A stretch of 64,000 nt of DNA, from the NCBI GenBank assembly GCA_030594645.1, contig JAUVEU010000008.1, forward strand, positions 1,127 through 65,126, written 5' to 3'. The translations under genes were made by a program, and so were the position numbers. Origin of the DNA: Candidatus Aegiribacteria sp. (lineage in GTDB: Bacteria > Fermentibacterota > Fermentibacteria > Fermentibacterales > JCC-6). Below, in pieces: positions 27,853 through 37,797 of the stretch. The stretch's first letter is position 1, and every line of letters begins with the position of its first letter. The notes beneath the pieces were generated by a model that did no database searches, was not told where the DNA came from, and was given only the letters and a program-made list of their open reading frames with translations.

Positions 27853-30051
27853 TTATAGATCATCTTCAGGATCAATGGGAATGGCTCCGAACAGATCTCC
27901 GGAATCATCATCGTCATCCTGAGTCACGATTTCCTCAGCCTGTTTGAGTACTTCTGATACGCGCCTGTGATATTCTTCCGTCTTCTGATCAATCTTTTCA
28001 GGAGATACAGGCTTGCTTATCCCTCTGTCCTCAGGAACAATGTCTTCTTCTGAAATTTCTGTTGCTTCTTCTGAAATCTCTGAAATCTCAGTTTCCTCTT
28101 CAGGTGACTCAGCTGCAAACTCACCCTCTTCTGCAATTGCATCATCATCAATCGAAGAACCTTTTATACTTGAAATGATCTTCTTTCCGCAGAGCTGTAC
28201 ACCTATCGCGCCTTCACTGGTTACTCGGTATTCTGAGATAAGACAGTCATCTTTTCTCTTTCTCATCCTCTTCGTTCGTTCAAACCAGAAATCCAGTTTC
28301 ATTTCTTTTTCATGGGTGAAGAAAACAGCAGTCCCCCCTTCGGGAACGAATCGGTATTCCTTATCAAGTATGAAGCTCTCCACACAGAAACGCTTGATGT
28401 AAGCGATTCCGGAGTTCTTCTGCTGGTAAACAGATGTGAAGATTAAACTTTTGTCGAGTACTCCGCAATGGAGTATCTCACCATCGATAAAATATTTGTC
28501 CTGGACCGGCACAACTTTATAGGTCCCGTTTTTCAGGAAAAACACGAATCTGTCGTACTCGGAAACATTGAATACCTTCTCACCCTTGATGGAAGTACCA
28601 AGTAATCCGGTCTCGGAATTGAATCCCGCTTTCAGGTGTCTGATAGCGACTTTCTTGACATCGATATTGCTGAAATCCTCAATGCTGGTCCTGCGGGGAT
28701 AGCCTTTGCCGTACTTCTGAAGAAGCTGTTCCAGATAGTCTACCGCGAATTCAACGATATTGCGAAGATGAAACCTGGTTTTCTTCATTTTCTTCTTAAT
28801 ATCACTCATCTCTGCCCTGTGACTCTCGATATCAAACCTTGATATTCTCCGAATCTTAAGAGATAGGAGCTTGTCAATATCCTCTTCCGTAACCTCAATC
28901 ATCTGTTTTTCAATAAAAGGCTGAAGGCTGCCTCTCACCGCGTCACGGACGTTCTCCCAGGATGTGCATTCCTCTATGCTCTTATAGAGCCTGTTCTCAA
29001 TAAATATCTGCTCGAGATCAAGCCAGTGAAGCCTGTTCCGGAAATCGTCAAGTTCGAGCTTCAATTCAAGCTTCAGAATCTCTATCAATCTGCCGGTACT
29101 GTAATGAACGAGTTCTGTAACGTTGGTCTCAACCGGATATCCATCCTGAATAACAATGATATTTGAAGTGTGCGGCTTTTCACAATCAGTATGGGCAAAA
29201 AGCAGTTTGAGCCCTTCTTCGGAATCGACACCCCTGGAAAGCCTTACATTGATTTCTACCGAATCAGTCGTGTAGTCATCAATTGATGCTACTTTTATTT
29301 TACCCTTGTTTGCGGCCAGTTCAATCGAGCTGATTAACGATTCGGTCGTTGTGCCCCAAGGAAGTTCTCTGATAACAAGATTCTTCTGACCCTGCTTCTC
29401 TATCCTGGCTCTGTTTCTTAACCTTCCCCTGCCGTCATCGTAATCTGTTACGTCAATTCTTCCACCCTGAGGAAAATCGGGAAACAGCTCAAATTCCTGA
29501 TCCCGGAGGCACGCAATCTGAGCCTTCAGAACTTCCTGAAAGTTGTGAGGCAGTATCCGTGTCGACAGACCAACCGCGATACCCTCAGCGCCTAGAAGGA
29601 GAACAACAGGAAGTTTCACAGGTAATAAAAGAGGTTCACTGTTTCTGCCGTCATAGCTCGGGGAAAAATCCGTTATCCTCTTGTTGAAGAGAGTTTCTCT
29701 TGCAAGATCGGTAAGCCTGCACTCAATGTACCTTGGCGCGGAGGCCCGATCGCCTGTGAAAATGTTCCCGAAGTTCCCCTGCCGTTCGATGAAAAAACCC
29801 CTGTTCGCAAGCGAAACCAGCGCGTCTCCTATGGATTGATCACCGTGGGGATGGTATTTCATGCAGTGGCCGATGACATTCGCAACCTTGCTGAACCTTC
29901 CATCGTCCATCTCGAACAGGGACCAGAGTATCCTGCGCTGGACCGGCTTGAGTCCGTCAGCATCATCGGGTATGGCTCTCTCCTTTATCACGTAGGAAGC
30001 GTACTCAAGGAAATTTCTGTTGAATAGCTTCTTCAGGCTGGTGTCGCTCAT
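27853..30051 (-). CDS. parC: Type IIA topoisomerase subunit A (ParC-like, short form with an acidic C-terminal tail).
   Basis: PVQRRILW, catalytic Tyr region, HPHGD. The C-terminus carries EISEISEEATEISEE repeats. Confidence 0.75.
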   Translation of the reverse strand: MSDTSLKKLFNRNFLEYASYVIKERAIPDDADGLKPVQRRILWSLFEMDDGRFSKVANVIGHCMKYHPHGDQSIGDALVSLANRGFFIERQGNFGNIFTGDRASAPRYIECRLTDLARETLFNKRITDFSPSYDGRNSEPLLLPVKLPVVLLLGAEGIAVGLSTRILPHNFQEVLKAQIACLRDQEFELFPDFPQGGRIDVTDYDDGRGRLRNRARIEKQGQKNLVIRELPWGTTTESLISSIELAANKGKIKVASIDDYTTDSVEINVRLSRGVDSEEGLKLLFAHTDCEKPHTSNIIVIQDGYPVETNVTELVHYSTGRLIEILKLELKLELDDFRNRLHWLDLEQIFIENRLYKSIEECTSWENVRDAVRGSLQPFIEKQMIEVTEEDIDKLLSLKIRRISRFDIESHRAEMSDIKKKMKKTRFHLRNIVEFAVDYLEQLLQKYGKGYPRRTSIEDFSNIDVKKVAIRHLKAGFNSETGLLGTSIKGEKVFNVSEYDRFVFFLKNGTYKVVPVQDKYFIDGEILHCGVLDKSLIFTSVYQQKNSGIAYIKRFCVESFILDKEYRFVPEGGTAVFFTHEKEMKLDFWFERTKRMRKRKDDCLISEYRVTSEGAIGVQLCGKKIISSIKGSSIDDDAIAEEGEFAAESPEEETEISEISEEATEISEEDIVPEDRGISKPVSPEKIDQKTEEYHRRVSEVLKQAEEIVTQDDDDDSGDLFGAIPIDPEDDL

Positions 30052-31865
30052 ATGAGGTTCTCCATAATGAATGCGCGTCTTTCCGGAGTGTTCTTGCCCA
30101 TGTAAAATCTTAGCATGTCAGGTATTTCTTTCAGGCGGGTTATTCGAACCGGCTCAAGTCTGATATCCCGGCCGATGAACTGACCGAACTCCTTTGGTGA
30201 TATCTCACCGAGGCCTTTGAATCGTGTGACCTCAGCTTTCTTTCCAATCTTCCCAATCGCTTCATCCCGTTCCTTCTCGCTGTAGCAGTATACCGTTTCC
30301 TTCTTGTTCCTGACACGGAATAACGGTGTCGATAGAATGAACAGGTGCTCATCAAAAACAAGACCTTCGAAGAAGTGCAGAAATAAAGTAAGCAACAGAT
30401 TTCTGATGTGCATTCCATCAATATCGGCGTCGGTAGCAAGAATTATCCTGTTATACCTCAGTCCTTCGATATCATTCTCAATATTCAGGACTCTCATGAT
30501 GTTGTAAATCTCTTCGTTCTTGTAAACAGTGTCCTGACGGTGTCCGTAACAGTTCAGCGGTTTGCCTTTCAGGGCGAAAACAGCCTGCGTATACACGTCC
30601 CGGCTTGCAATAATGCTTCCGGCAGCACTTGCCCCCTCAGTGAGAAATATTGAGCTTTCCTCCGCCCTGGGATCGGAGTCGCCAAGGTGGATTTTGCAAT
30701 CCCTCAGATTTGGAATTCTCAGGGCGATCTTCCTGGCCTGCTGTCTTGCTTTTTTCTTCACGTTGCTGAGTTCGGTGCGTACCTTCTGATTTGTCTTAAC
30801 TTTATTGACCAGGATTTCAGCATCTTTCGGGTTCCTGTGAAGATGCTGTTCGAGTTCGGTCTTGACCGTATTTACTATCCATCCCCTGATGTCACTGTTG
30901 CCCAGTCTGGTCTTGGTTTGAGATTCGAAAACCGGCTCCTTCAGTCGAATTGAAATCGCGGCGATTATTCCCTCTCGAACATCCTGACCCGAATAGCTTT
31001 CACCTGTGAAGGAATTGATCCCCTTGGTTACGCCCTCCTTGAATGCTGAAAGATGAGTACCTCCGCTGGAAGTGTACTGTCCATTGGCAAATGACAGATA
31101 CCTCTCACCGAAATCAGTGGTATGAGTAAGAACAAACTCCAACGTTTTCATTCGAAAGAATATTACCGGATATATTGCCGTATCACCTGCTTCATCGTAC
31201 AGCAGATCCTTCAGACCATCTTCAGATAGAAATGTCTGTCCATCCATCTGAATCTTGAGTCCGGCATTCAGATACGCATAGTGCTGGCATCTATCCTGAA
31301 GGAATTCCTCCCTGAAAGCGTAATCTCCAAAGATTTCGGTATCAGGCGTAAATTCAACCAGAGTCCCGTTCCTCTTTGTTGTGGTACCGGTTACATCGCT
31401 CTTCAGCTTTCCTCTGCAGAATACAACCTCCCGATATTCACCGTCACGATAGGCTACCACCCTGAAACGCTCCGACAATGCGTTCACTGCCTTGGTTCCG
31501 ATTCCGTTCAATCCGACGCTGAACATGAATACATCCGTGTTATACTTTGCGCCTGTATTGATCCTTGAAACACATTCCACCAGTTTGCCCAGCGGAATTC
31601 CCCTGCCATAATCCCTTATGGAAAGAGAACCGTTCCCCTGTTTAACCTTAATACGCTTCCCGCATCCCATGATATATTCATCAACCGAATTATCCATCAC
31701 CTCCTTGAAGAGGATATAAATACCATCGTCTGGATGAGATCCGTCTCCAATACGACCGATATACATACCGGTTCGAAGACGTATATGTTCAATTGAGGAA
31801 AGTGTTTTGACTTTGCTCTCGTCGTAAACCGAGCTGAATTCAGCGGGATCCTGTGTTTTGTTCAT
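30048..31865 (-). CDS. parE: Type IIA topoisomerase subunit B (ParE-like).
   Basis: GHKL ATPase motifs plus a TOPRIM domain. Length 605 aa. 4-nt overlap with parC. Confidence 0.8.
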   Translation of the reverse strand: MNKTQDPAEFSSVYDESKVKTLSSIEHIRLRTGMYIGRIGDGSHPDDGIYILFKEVMDNSVDEYIMGCGKRIKVKQGNGSLSIRDYGRGIPLGKLVECVSRINTGAKYNTDVFMFSVGLNGIGTKAVNALSERFRVVAYRDGEYREVVFCRGKLKSDVTGTTTKRNGTLVEFTPDTEIFGDYAFREEFLQDRCQHYAYLNAGLKIQMDGQTFLSEDGLKDLLYDEAGDTAIYPVIFFRMKTLEFVLTHTTDFGERYLSFANGQYTSSGGTHLSAFKEGVTKGINSFTGESYSGQDVREGIIAAISIRLKEPVFESQTKTRLGNSDIRGWIVNTVKTELEQHLHRNPKDAEILVNKVKTNQKVRTELSNVKKKARQQARKIALRIPNLRDCKIHLGDSDPRAEESSIFLTEGASAAGSIIASRDVYTQAVFALKGKPLNCYGHRQDTVYKNEEIYNIMRVLNIENDIEGLRYNRIILATDADIDGMHIRNLLLTLFLHFFEGLVFDEHLFILSTPLFRVRNKKETVYCYSEKERDEAIGKIGKKAEVTRFKGLGEISPKEFGQFIGRDIRLEPVRITRLKEIPDMLRFYMGKNTPERRAFIMENLI

Positions 31866-31956
31866 TTTATACCATATGTTCTGTATTCAGTAATATTCCA
31901 CCACATCATATAGTATAATTCCAATATATTCGATTCGCTACCCTGACCCGTATATT

Positions 31957-33405
31957 TTACGCGGATGTCTCCTGCTTCCGCAGGAGTATCCCAACTCCTC
32001 CAAGAACATACCATACTGTCAAATACGCTGCTGTTGGAACACCCATCCGGACAATCAACGGAAAGCCTGAAGTCAGGAATATCAGCGGAATTCCGACCAG
32101 CGCTGCTCCAATCGGCTTCCAGACATATTTCAGCAACGGAAGCGGACCGTCTCTCCTGAGAACCAAGTAGTAAAGGATGGACATGATAAAATTCGCAGAC
32201 AGAACCATTACAGCTGCGCCGCGAATACCTATATGAGGGATCAGCAATAGATTACCGATAATACTGATAGTCAGTGCAATAGAAGTTATCGGTAAGGTCA
32301 CTTTCTGTCTGCCGGTAGCTATGACGCTTGCAAGCAGATAATTCATCCAGAACACAACCGGTATAGCTCCAAGCAGCAGAAGGTATGTCGCCCCGACCTC
32401 CTCCAGTGCCAGTCCTCTCAAAAAATTGTCCCCCCAGATAAGGCGGAAAAATTCAATTCCACCTGCAAACATGGGAATCATTACTGCTCCGGCGAGACCG
32501 GTTACCAGCTGGGCAATTGAAACCATTTTGTTTTTTGCCTCTTCCCGCCCTGCTTCAAATGCTCTGCAAAGACCTGGAAATAGAGCGCCGGGAAGTAAAC
32601 TTGGAGTTATAAGGAGTACGAATGTTTCCAGCAGCCTGTAGGATTCCTGATAAGCGCCAACCGCTTCAACACCTGATAACCCTCTGATAAACACGTTATC
32701 AAGTCTCTGGAAGGCTACAAAAAGAAGTCCCATCACTCCCAATGGCCAACTCTCCCGAAGCAGTTCCAGAATGCGCTTCCTTGAAAAATTCGGATGAATA
32801 CGTATCCTGAACCTGCCAAGAAAGACAAAGCTGGTCGCAAGCATTACCAGAGCCCTTATTGTATATGTGGTTGAAGCAGCAAGAGGACCAAGATCAGCGA
32901 ACACGACCAGCAGAACGAGAACAAGGGCTGCGATGCCACCCGCCATACGCGAAAGGGCTTCAAAAACCATACGCTCCCCGGCGCGGAAGACAGAGAATTG
33001 AAGCTCCGCGCATGCTTCCATGGATGATCCCAGCCCAACAAGAAGAATCATGAGTATCTGTTCCGTTCCATACCCTGCAGCTGAAGAGACGAGTGCAAGG
33101 AGTACCCATGCGGTTATGCAGGTTATGAACCGGAGCCCGAGTGAGATTGAATACAACTCCTGTATTCGGGATATATCAAGACTGAATTTCCTGTTGGAAA
33201 TAACGGAAACACCGAGATCAGCCACAAAAATAAGTATCTGTCCGAGCACCACGGCAAAAACGAGCATACCAAAGTGACTGTCATCCAGATATCTGGAAAG
33301 AATCATCAGCGAGATAAACAAAGATCCTTTGCTTATCAGCTGGCCTGTAAGCATTGAAATCGAGTTTCGCGCGGTACTGTGAGAACGAGGAGTGGTCAGG
33401 CTCAT
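31957..33405 (-). CDS. MOP-superfamily polysaccharide/oligosaccharide flippase (Wzx/MurJ-like).
   Basis: About 12-14 TM helices and a Wzx-like N-terminus. Confidence 0.55.
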   Translation of the reverse strand: MSLTTPRSHSTARNSISMLTGQLISKGSLFISLMILSRYLDDSHFGMLVFAVVLGQILIFVADLGVSVISNRKFSLDISRIQELYSISLGLRFITCITAWVLLALVSSAAGYGTEQILMILLVGLGSSMEACAELQFSVFRAGERMVFEALSRMAGGIAALVLVLLVVFADLGPLAASTTYTIRALVMLATSFVFLGRFRIRIHPNFSRKRILELLRESWPLGVMGLLFVAFQRLDNVFIRGLSGVEAVGAYQESYRLLETFVLLITPSLLPGALFPGLCRAFEAGREEAKNKMVSIAQLVTGLAGAVMIPMFAGGIEFFRLIWGDNFLRGLALEEVGATYLLLLGAIPVVFWMNYLLASVIATGRQKVTLPITSIALTISIIGNLLLIPHIGIRGAAVMVLSANFIMSILYYLVLRRDGPLPLLKYVWKPIGAALVGIPLIFLTSGFPLIVRMGVPTAAYLTVWYVLGGVGILLRKQETSA

Positions 33406-33408
33406 ACG

Positions 33409-35151
33409 TTAAACCTGGTAAGAGACTTCTTCCTCAAGTCCGGCTTCTCTGAGTGCTTCCTTTCTGCGAACCTTCTTGGTGGTTGTCTTGGGGAATTCGT
33501 CCTCTCTGATGATAAATCGCGCAATACGCTTGTATGTGGGTTGAGATAAATTGAAATCGCGTACAACTTTCCTCATATATTCAGCAAGATATTCAGTTGT
33601 AAGACTGAAGCTGTTCTCTTCGGCATATTCAATGAATTTCTCCATGTTCGGTACGATGATGAGCCATATCTCCTCACCTTTGGTTTCTGTCTTCTTTCCT
33701 GTAGCCATGCATTCAAGGATATTGAGATCCTGGCCTACCCTAAGCTCAATCTCTTCCGGATAAACGTTTTTGCCGTTCTTGGCGATAATCACATTTTTCT
33801 TCCGCCCGGTTATGAAAAGGTATCCATCGTCATCAATATGGCCATAATCACCCGTTCTGAACCATCCGTCATCGGAAAGAACCTCCGCAGTGGCCTCCGG
33901 ATTGTTGAAATACCCTTTCATTACGTTTGGTCCTTTTGTAATGATTTCTCCATTTCCTTCTATATCAGGATTTTCGATTCTTACCGAAACTCCTGGAAGA
34001 ACCGGTCCCACTGAACCAATTCTGTTTGCATCCAGCCTGTTTACGGAAATGATTGGAGCAGTTTCCGTAAGACCGTAACCCTGAATGAAGGAAAATCCAA
34101 GTTTCAGAAAACCATCGACCACATCAGGAGAGATACCGGCTCCTCCGGAAATACAAAGTCTCATGGTTCCACCAAGTTTATCGTGAACCTTCGAAAAAAC
34201 CTTCTTCCTGATACCTTTCCTCCCAAGAACCTCACCCACCGACGCAATTGTGAGCCCCAGACGGTATTTGAACGGACCGCCCTTCATGGATTGAATCGCT
34301 CCGAAGATTTTTCTGTACATGGCTTCCCACAGGAGCGGCACAGCCATCAGAACCGTAGCTTTTGAATTTGCCATATCCTCAGCCACATACCTGATACCTC
34401 TGCAGATGTAGATTGATGACCCGTTTGTCACCGGAAACAGAAAACCGCATGTGCATTCGAATGTATGATGCACCGGAAGAATAGAGAGGAAGATATCATC
34501 AGGGCTGATATCTACTATCTGTCTCATCTGTCTGACATTGGAAAGAATATTATTCTGAGACAGGACAACTCCCTTCGCCTGACCAGTTGTTCCGGATGTA
34601 TAACAGATGGAAGCCGGAGCATCACAATCCCAGATGTCCGGAAGGCGGGCTGAGCTTCCGGATCCTTCACGGATCAGATCGTTGAATAATGGAATTCCCT
34701 CGCAATACGCTGTATTCATCGCTACCATCCCGATACTGCGACCTGAAAGTTTCTCAGCAAAATCTTCAGCGTATTTTTCGTCGAAGAAGATGATATTCGC
34801 GCCTGAATAATGCATGATTGTAAGCATCTCCGGTACAGGAAGCTCTCTGTCAATGGGAACGACTATGCCTCCGGCTCTTAATGTTGCGAGGTATGTTACA
34901 GCCCAGGCGACGCTGTTCATACCGGTAATCCCTACAACCGGCTTTTCCTCTCTATCAAGAAGTGCCCTGGCGAGACAATCAATTTTCCTTCGCAGATCAT
35001 GAAATGTAATCGACCGGTAATTGCCTTGACTATCCGGTTCCTGAAACGCGATTTTCTCAGGATGGTTCTCAGCAACTCGCATGAGCGCTTCGGGAATACT
35101 GGATAAACCCTGCGCATCATGAAGTGGTTCGCCAGAGATTTCAAATTTCAT
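33409..35151 (-). CDS. Long-chain fatty-acid--CoA ligase (ANL superfamily).
   Basis: AMP-binding motif ICYTSGTTGQAKGV and a C-terminal ATP lid domain. Confidence 0.8.
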   Translation of the reverse strand: MKFEISGEPLHDAQGLSSIPEALMRVAENHPEKIAFQEPDSQGNYRSITFHDLRRKIDCLARALLDREEKPVVGITGMNSVAWAVTYLATLRAGGIVVPIDRELPVPEMLTIMHYSGANIIFFDEKYAEDFAEKLSGRSIGMVAMNTAYCEGIPLFNDLIREGSGSSARLPDIWDCDAPASICYTSGTTGQAKGVVLSQNNILSNVRQMRQIVDISPDDIFLSILPVHHTFECTCGFLFPVTNGSSIYICRGIRYVAEDMANSKATVLMAVPLLWEAMYRKIFGAIQSMKGGPFKYRLGLTIASVGEVLGRKGIRKKVFSKVHDKLGGTMRLCISGGAGISPDVVDGFLKLGFSFIQGYGLTETAPIISVNRLDANRIGSVGPVLPGVSVRIENPDIEGNGEIITKGPNVMKGYFNNPEATAEVLSDDGWFRTGDYGHIDDDGYLFITGRKKNVIIAKNGKNVYPEEIELRVGQDLNILECMATGKKTETKGEEIWLIIVPNMEKFIEYAEENSFSLTTEYLAEYMRKVVRDFNLSQPTYKRIARFIIREDEFPKTTTKKVRRKEALREAGLEEEVSYQV

Positions 35152-35261
35152 ATCTGCCCCTCACTGAATAAGTAGAAACTACCCGGACAATCAAGCAAAA
35201 TACCCCTGACATCAATAATACAGTCAGGAAGCATTGAAAAGTGTGGAGTTTTCAATCCCGA

Positions 35262-36545
35262 TCAATCAATAAATGACGCTACTATCCTTAAACCAATGTA
35301 TGGAAAACCAAGCCCTGGCTCCGGTCGCATTCTCGCCTCACATTTGCAATCTTCCATTGAGGACAGCCAGCTCCCCCCCCGAACAGCAGGAAAAGAATCC
35401 GGATGCACTGGCTGACACCATTCCCAGACGTTTCCGGCTGTATCATTGAGTCCCCATGCATTAGCCGAATAGCTTCCGACCGGCGCAGCATGAGTATAGC
35501 CATCATCAATGGAAGGATGCCTTCTGAGAAGTTCTTCATTACGATCAGACAGGTTAAGCAGAGTCCCGTCAGGTCTTCTCGAACCCCATGGCCAGGGTCC
35601 TGATCCTCCGGCAATCGCAGCCGCGAGCCATTCATCCTCTTCAGGAAGTCTGTATGACAATCCAAGAGTATCATTAGAAGAAAGCCACATGCAGTATGCT
35701 TCAGCAGCCTTGAAAGAAAGCCCTGATACCGGATACTCTTCAAGTCCATCCCGAATAGCCCATTCCCCGGAAGGACTGATATGGAATGGTATGGGATAAT
35801 CACCAGGGAAAATCTCTTCAATCGTATCAGTTCTCCCCCACCGGTTCGAAGTGTCTTTCACGGGAGATGCTTCCAGCTCAGTGAGATATCGAAGGAATTC
35901 AGTGTTGGTTACTTCATATCTTGAAATCAAATACGCTGGAAGTGTATCGACCGGTTCATTCATTCTGGATAACCGTACGGTACCGGCAGCTCCGGAAGGA
36001 ACCAGAATCAGGTTATCTGAATACAATTCAGGAAGAACCCAGTGAAAACTGCGTGGACTATTGGAGAGAAGAGAGATGCTGTCTTCAAAAATAACTAACT
36101 CATCAACAACCAGAATAACCTGATGAATTCCTGGAGAATCAAGCCAAACGCTCGAGGGAGTATACCCGCAAAACAAACCATCCACATGAATGGAAGCTCC
36201 GGAAGGCTCGCTTGAAAGCTCGACCGTAAAACGGTAAGGAAGATGAACAATTACTTTCTCATCTGACATGTCCGGAACTAGAAGAGTATCCACAGATATC
36301 CTGCCGGGATATGTCAACGAAATACTCAAACCATCGTTCTGTACGGGTATCCGGGCAGGAGCTATCCAGAAGAAACCCTCTCCATCCGATATTTCAGCAC
36401 CGGAAGGCACCGATAATACCTGGATATACGCAACAGGCCAGGATGTATCGAACAGCAATGTTACAAGAAGAATCGTCATCGCAGAAAGAAGGATAACGGC
36501 CCAGCTTTGAAGGAAGAATCTCACCATGGCCTCATGCCCGACCAA
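35262..36545 (-). CDS. Formylglycine-generating-enzyme (SUMF1/FGE sulfatase domain) family protein with an N-terminal membrane anchor.
   Basis: C-terminal domain with YRLPEEDEW, NVWEW and RGGSW motifs. Confidence 0.7.
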   Translation of the reverse strand: MVGHEAMVRFFLQSWAVILLSAMTILLVTLLFDTSWPVAYIQVLSVPSGAEISDGEGFFWIAPARIPVQNDGLSISLTYPGRISVDTLLVPDMSDEKVIVHLPYRFTVELSSEPSGASIHVDGLFCGYTPSSVWLDSPGIHQVILVVDELVIFEDSISLLSNSPRSFHWVLPELYSDNLILVPSGAAGTVRLSRMNEPVDTLPAYLISRYEVTNTEFLRYLTELEASPVKDTSNRWGRTDTIEEIFPGDYPIPFHISPSGEWAIRDGLEEYPVSGLSFKAAEAYCMWLSSNDTLGLSYRLPEEDEWLAAAIAGGSGPWPWGSRRPDGTLLNLSDRNEELLRRHPSIDDGYTHAAPVGSYSANAWGLNDTAGNVWEWCQPVHPDSFPAVRGGSWLSSMEDCKCEARMRPEPGLGFPYIGLRIVASFID

Positions 36546-36797
36546 TCATTGCTTAAAACAGCCCTGGTATCATCAAGAAATCGTCTCATCCGGATATCCT
36601 TCCAAAATCTTTTCCATAAGTATAAAGGCTGAAAATAGAATTTCCTGTAAAACTCTGCTCATCATTCTCGTTTCATTCATCTGTCGCAGTACCCGGAGAA
36701 AGAAGATAACCGCTCATACTCTTCCGGCAAAGAGGTGATAGATGAATTGCATCTGACTATGTATAATCATTGCTCGGGTATAGCTTGACTTAACTGA

Positions 36798-37706
36798 ATG
36801 GGGTCAGATGATCGGAGAGAACCTTATCACGTTATTCGGGATGAACTGATGTTCAGCTTGACGCCTGACTGGAACTTCGCAAGGAGAATACTGGAACCAG
36901 ATCCGGACAGCCCTCATGCCGATCTTTCTGAATTACCCGCTTTCGCGGCTCTCATTCGCCATCAGCAACTGAGCGGCAACCCTCATCCTGACGGGGATGC
37001 TCTGCTGAAGAGCATTTTTCGGAATATTCCTGATCGAAACGGCGCACGCCTGTTGATGTCGGAATGGGAGGACCGCGATAGCGATATCATCGAGTATTCC
37101 AGAGAAGCGCTTCGGTATCTTCCCGCAGAAACACGTTTATCCGGAAAAATATTCTTTATGGCCGGTTACGACATCGGGATCGTAGCTCCACCTGATATCG
37201 CTATCAATATCGCTCATCAGCATTTTATCAAATATCCGGATGATCTTGGGTATTACCTGACACATGAAGTTCATCACCTTGGATTTCTCTCGCATCGCCC
37301 AATGCCGTCCATCAGGCAAAGTATGAGCACCGTCCAGGGCCTTCTCGATCTTATCTTCTTCATGACTCAAATGGAGGGTATGGCAGTCCATGCTGCTTAT
37401 AACAGGAGAAAAACAGAGGGACATCTGAAAGATGATGATGATTACGGACTCTATTACGATTCTTCGGAACATTCACATATCAGGACGAGATTCCGGGAAA
37501 TCTGTGATTCAATTACCGATAAAGAATCGCCTTCTGATGGTGAAATCAGCACTGCTCTGAACGCCATGTCCTCCGGGGAACGGCTATGGTACCGCTATGG
37601 TGCTCTTGTATCCGCGAAACTGGAGAATGAACTTGGTCTGGACGCTCTCGTTGCATCAATTAACGAACCTGGCATCTTCATGGAGTATGCTCAGATACAA
37701 GTTTGA
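36798..37706 (+). CDS. Hypothetical protein with an HExxH motif; putative zinc metallopeptidase-like.
   Basis: LTHEVHHLGF. Immediately upstream of tldD/pmbA. Confidence 0.35.
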   Translation: MGSDDRREPYHVIRDELMFSLTPDWNFARRILEPDPDSPHADLSELPAFAALIRHQQLSGNPHPDGDALLKSIFRNIPDRNGARLLMSEWEDRDSDIIEYSREALRYLPAETRLSGKIFFMAGYDIGIVAPPDIAINIAHQHFIKYPDDLGYYLTHEVHHLGFLSHRPMPSIRQSMSTVQGLLDLIFFMTQMEGMAVHAAYNRRKTEGHLKDDDDYGLYYDSSEHSHIRTRFREICDSITDKESPSDGEISTALNAMSSGERLWYRYGALVSAKLENELGLDALVASINEPGIFMEYAQIQV

Positions 37707-37797
37707 TTCAATCCGAATATTCCGGAAATGATTCACCTGATATTGTTATCACCACTTGCGATTTGCATCTGTTTTGTATAATTAACTTGAAGCGATA

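Noticed and set aside
35363-35370. G8 homopolymer (C8 on the + strand) inside the FGE coding region.
   Set aside because: It simply encodes RGG within the conserved VRGGSW motif. There is no evidence of a frame-switching role, so it was noted only.
35288-35821. 177-aa alternative-frame ORF inside the FGE gene.
   Set aside because: It is an out-of-frame shadow. The FGE frame carries the conserved motifs.
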